DNA from: an uncultured Verrucomicrobiae bacterium
GTDB lineage: Bacteria > Verrucomicrobiota > Verrucomicrobiia > Chthoniobacterales > JAFAMB01
Reading direction: 5' to 3'
DNA: 64,000 nt
Assembly: GCA_963813025.1 (NCBI GenBank)
Contig: CAWEXO010000008.1
Coordinates: forward strand, 327,030 to 391,029
The stretch's first letter is position 1; the number at the start of each line of letters is the position of its first letter. Positions 62,169 through 64,000 of the stretch are shown here, one piece after another. The notes beneath the pieces are model-generated. The model was not told the origin of the DNA and searched no databases. It saw only the letters and a list, made by a program, of their open reading frames with translations. A program made the translations under genes and the position numbers.

Positions 62169-62543
62169 TTACGGCTGCTGCCCGGGAGCAGGCGCTTCTG
62201 CCGGCTGTTGGGGGGGCTGGACTGCTGGTTGAGCGGGCGGCACGGCAGCGGCGGGCGCGGCTGGTTGCGCAGCAGCCGGCGCGACCGGCGGAACCGGCGT
62301 AGACGCCGCTGGTACCTGTTGAGCCGGAACTTGATAGGGCTGCGCCGCTGGCGGCTTCAGATCTTTTCCGGCTGCCTGCAGCTCCCGATCAAAATCCTCC
62401 CGAGCTTTGCGAAACTCGTTCATGCTCTGTCCCAGACTGCGAGCCAACTCCGGCAGCTTCTTGGCGCCAAAGAGCACCAGAACAATAATCAGGATAAACA
62501 TCCATTCCGATGGTCCTGGTGTCGTGAAGGCGAGAATACTCAT
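62169..62543 (-). CDS. tatA: Twin-arginine translocase TatA/E subunit
   Basis: LVLFGAKKLPELARSLGQSMNEFRKA. Confidence 0.93.
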   Translation of the reverse strand: MSILAFTTPGPSEWMFILIIVLVLFGAKKLPELARSLGQSMNEFRKAREDFDRELQAAGKDLKPPAAQPYQVPAQQVPAASTPVPPVAPAAAQPAAPAAAVPPAQPAVQPPQQPAEAPAPGQQP

Positions 62544-62593
62544 GGCTTTATTCTACTCCCATCCTGACGCGTTGCACGCCGATTCTGATGAGT

Positions 62594-62923
62594 TTATTTG
62601 AGCGCTTCCAGCCGGGATATCAGATCCGTTTTGCTGGTTAGGCCAACTACCTGATCCCGGACTTCTCCACCCTTGAAAAAAAGCAGGGTCGGAATATTGC
62701 GGATACCGAAACGGTGGGAGAGCGTCGGGTTGTTGTCGACGTCAACCTTGACAATCCGCACTTGCTCGCCCTTCTCGCCGGCGATCTCATCCAGTACCGG
62801 GGCGATCATGCGGCAGGGGCCGCACCAACTCGCCCAGAAATCAACGAGAACCGGAACCGTCGATTCGCTAATGGTCTGATCGAAGTTGGTCTCGTCTAAG
62901 TGAATGGGGGCTGTCGTTGTCAT
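62594..62923 (-). CDS. trxA: Thioredoxin
   Basis: VDFWASWCGPCR, IPTLLFFKGG. Confidence 0.95.
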   Translation of the reverse strand: MTTTAPIHLDETNFDQTISESTVPVLVDFWASWCGPCRMIAPVLDEIAGEKGEQVRIVKVDVDNNPTLSHRFGIRNIPTLLFFKGGEVRDQVVGLTSKTDLISRLEALK

Positions 62924-62976
62924 AAGAGAAATCCTGGATTCTTTTGCAAGCACTCGCCGGCCGGTTACTCGCCGGA

Positions 62977-63216
62977 TCAGCTAAAGGCTATCAATAGCTG
63001 AACAATAAGCGAGATGACCGAAAAAGCGAGAACCAACCCGACCAGCGGAACAACCCAGGGATCGCGCTGTTCCGCAGGCAGGCGTGACATTAAAATGCGG
63101 CTGGTAACCCCTTCATCAGGTTCGTCGGGCCCGGCTTGGCGCCCGGTCGAAGATGGCAATTCGGTGGGTCGCGCTGGAAGCTCCACCCGCGCAGGTCCTT
63201 TCTTCACTTCGGCCAT
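62977..63216 (-). CDS. Small hypothetical protein with a C-terminal TM helix
   Basis: 79-aa ORF ending WVVPLVGLVLAFSVISLIVQLLIAFS, co-directional with trxA. Confidence 0.6.
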   Translation of the reverse strand: MAEVKKGPARVELPARPTELPSSTGRQAGPDEPDEGVTSRILMSRLPAEQRDPWVVPLVGLVLAFSVISLIVQLLIAFS

Positions 63217-63322
63217 AAGCTTATACCGGCTGTTCCGCTCTATCTGTCAACCCCCGGATGCAGTGTGGTGTCAACGAAACCCCTTGCGCGGATTTCCCTT
63301 TAAATCCAGCTTCGAACCTTTC

Positions 63323-64000
63323 ATGAGAATTCTCGTCACGGGTGGCGCTGGTTTTATCGGATCTCACTTGCTCGACGCTTTGCTGGTACAAGGAGATTCG
63401 GTCGCAGCCGTTGACAGCTTTAACGATTCTTACGACCCGTCCGTGAAACGACAAAACATCCATCCGATTTTGAAGCACATCCGACTTTACCAGGCGGACA
63501 TTGAGGACGAAGCAGCGATCCGCAAAATTCTCGGAACGGAAAAACCGGACGCCGTCGTGCATCTCGCCGCTCGCGCCGGGGTTCGTCCGTCCGTCCATTA
63601 CCCGGAACTGTACCTGCGAACAAATGTGTTGGGAACCTTTAATTTGTTGGAGGCAGCGCGCCACGCCGGCGTAGAACGTTTTTTGTTTGCTTCGAGTTCT
63701 TCCGTGTATGGTGCTTACCAGGAGCACCCGTCGAAAGAGAGCCAAGCCATCTTGCGGACTCTCAGTCCTTACGCAGCCACGAAATTGGCAGGAGAACAGC
63801 TCTGTTCCAATTACGCACATCTCTATGGCGTCGGCGTGGTTTGCCTCCGTTTTTTTACAGTGTACGGTCCCCGACAACGGCCGGACCTGTCGATTCACCG
63901 ATTTACCCACCTTATTTCGCTTGGGCAGCCGATCGAGGTTTTCGGGGACGGCACCGTTCGGCGGGACTTCACCTACATCGACGATTCCCGTTGGGGGTAC
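63323..64000 (+). CDS. NAD-dependent epimerase (UDP-glucuronate 4-epimerase-like), 3'-partial
   Basis: MRILVTGGAGFIGSH, HLAARAGVRPS, ASSSSVYG, YAATK, RFFTVYGPRQRPD; not in the ORF track because no stop lies in the window. Confidence 0.92.
   Translation, partial: MRILVTGGAGFIGSHLLDALLVQGDSVAAVDSFNDSYDPSVKRQNIHPILKHIRLYQADIEDEAAIRKILGTEKPDAVVHLAARAGVRPSVHYPELYLRTNVLGTFNLLEAARHAGVERFLFASSSSVYGAYQEHPSKESQAILRTLSPYAATKLAGEQLCSNYAHLYGVGVVCLRFFTVYGPRQRPDLSIHRFTHLISLGQPIEVFGDGTVRRDFTYIDDSRWGY

Noticed and set aside
63221..63910. 229-aa minus-strand ORF
   Set aside because: Antisense to the clear epimerase gene on the plus strand

Overview
64-kb bacterial chromosomal segment, probably from a Verrucomicrobiota (Chthoniobacterales-like) genome; this is inferred from gene content and style and was not tested. 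Positions 1-1275 hold dapA-dapB. Positions ~1296-18500 are a decayed accessory island bracketed by two partial IS256 copies that share identical sequence. The island contains a 3' tRNA-Arg(TCG) att fragment with arm-type repeats, a VapBC45-like toxin-antitoxin pair, a tandem-AP2 protein, RHH-like genes and two IS630 elements. It also holds remnants of an integrase, a group II intron and a TIR-NTPase gene, plus GH88/105 and GH67 sugar genes. The rest is mostly core genome: nudC, an MFS transporter, an Mla/Pqi ABC system, a NitT/TauT ABC pair, ECF sigma/anti-sigma, hpnH-shc, serA, ald, thiG, rodA, surA, mfd, a sigma54 activator, uppS, purA, tatA and trxA, with several REP/MITE-like repeats in between. 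The most notable candidate novelty is an exported protein with Fam20/Four-jointed-type kinase motifs. It is clustered with a beta-propeller, a DUF2252 kinase-like protein, a Spy/CpxP chaperone and a Thr-rich lipoprotein. Many single-base frameshifts, some in likely important genes, suggest indel errors in the assembly, so pseudogene calls are provisional. All family assignments come from motif recognition by eye.
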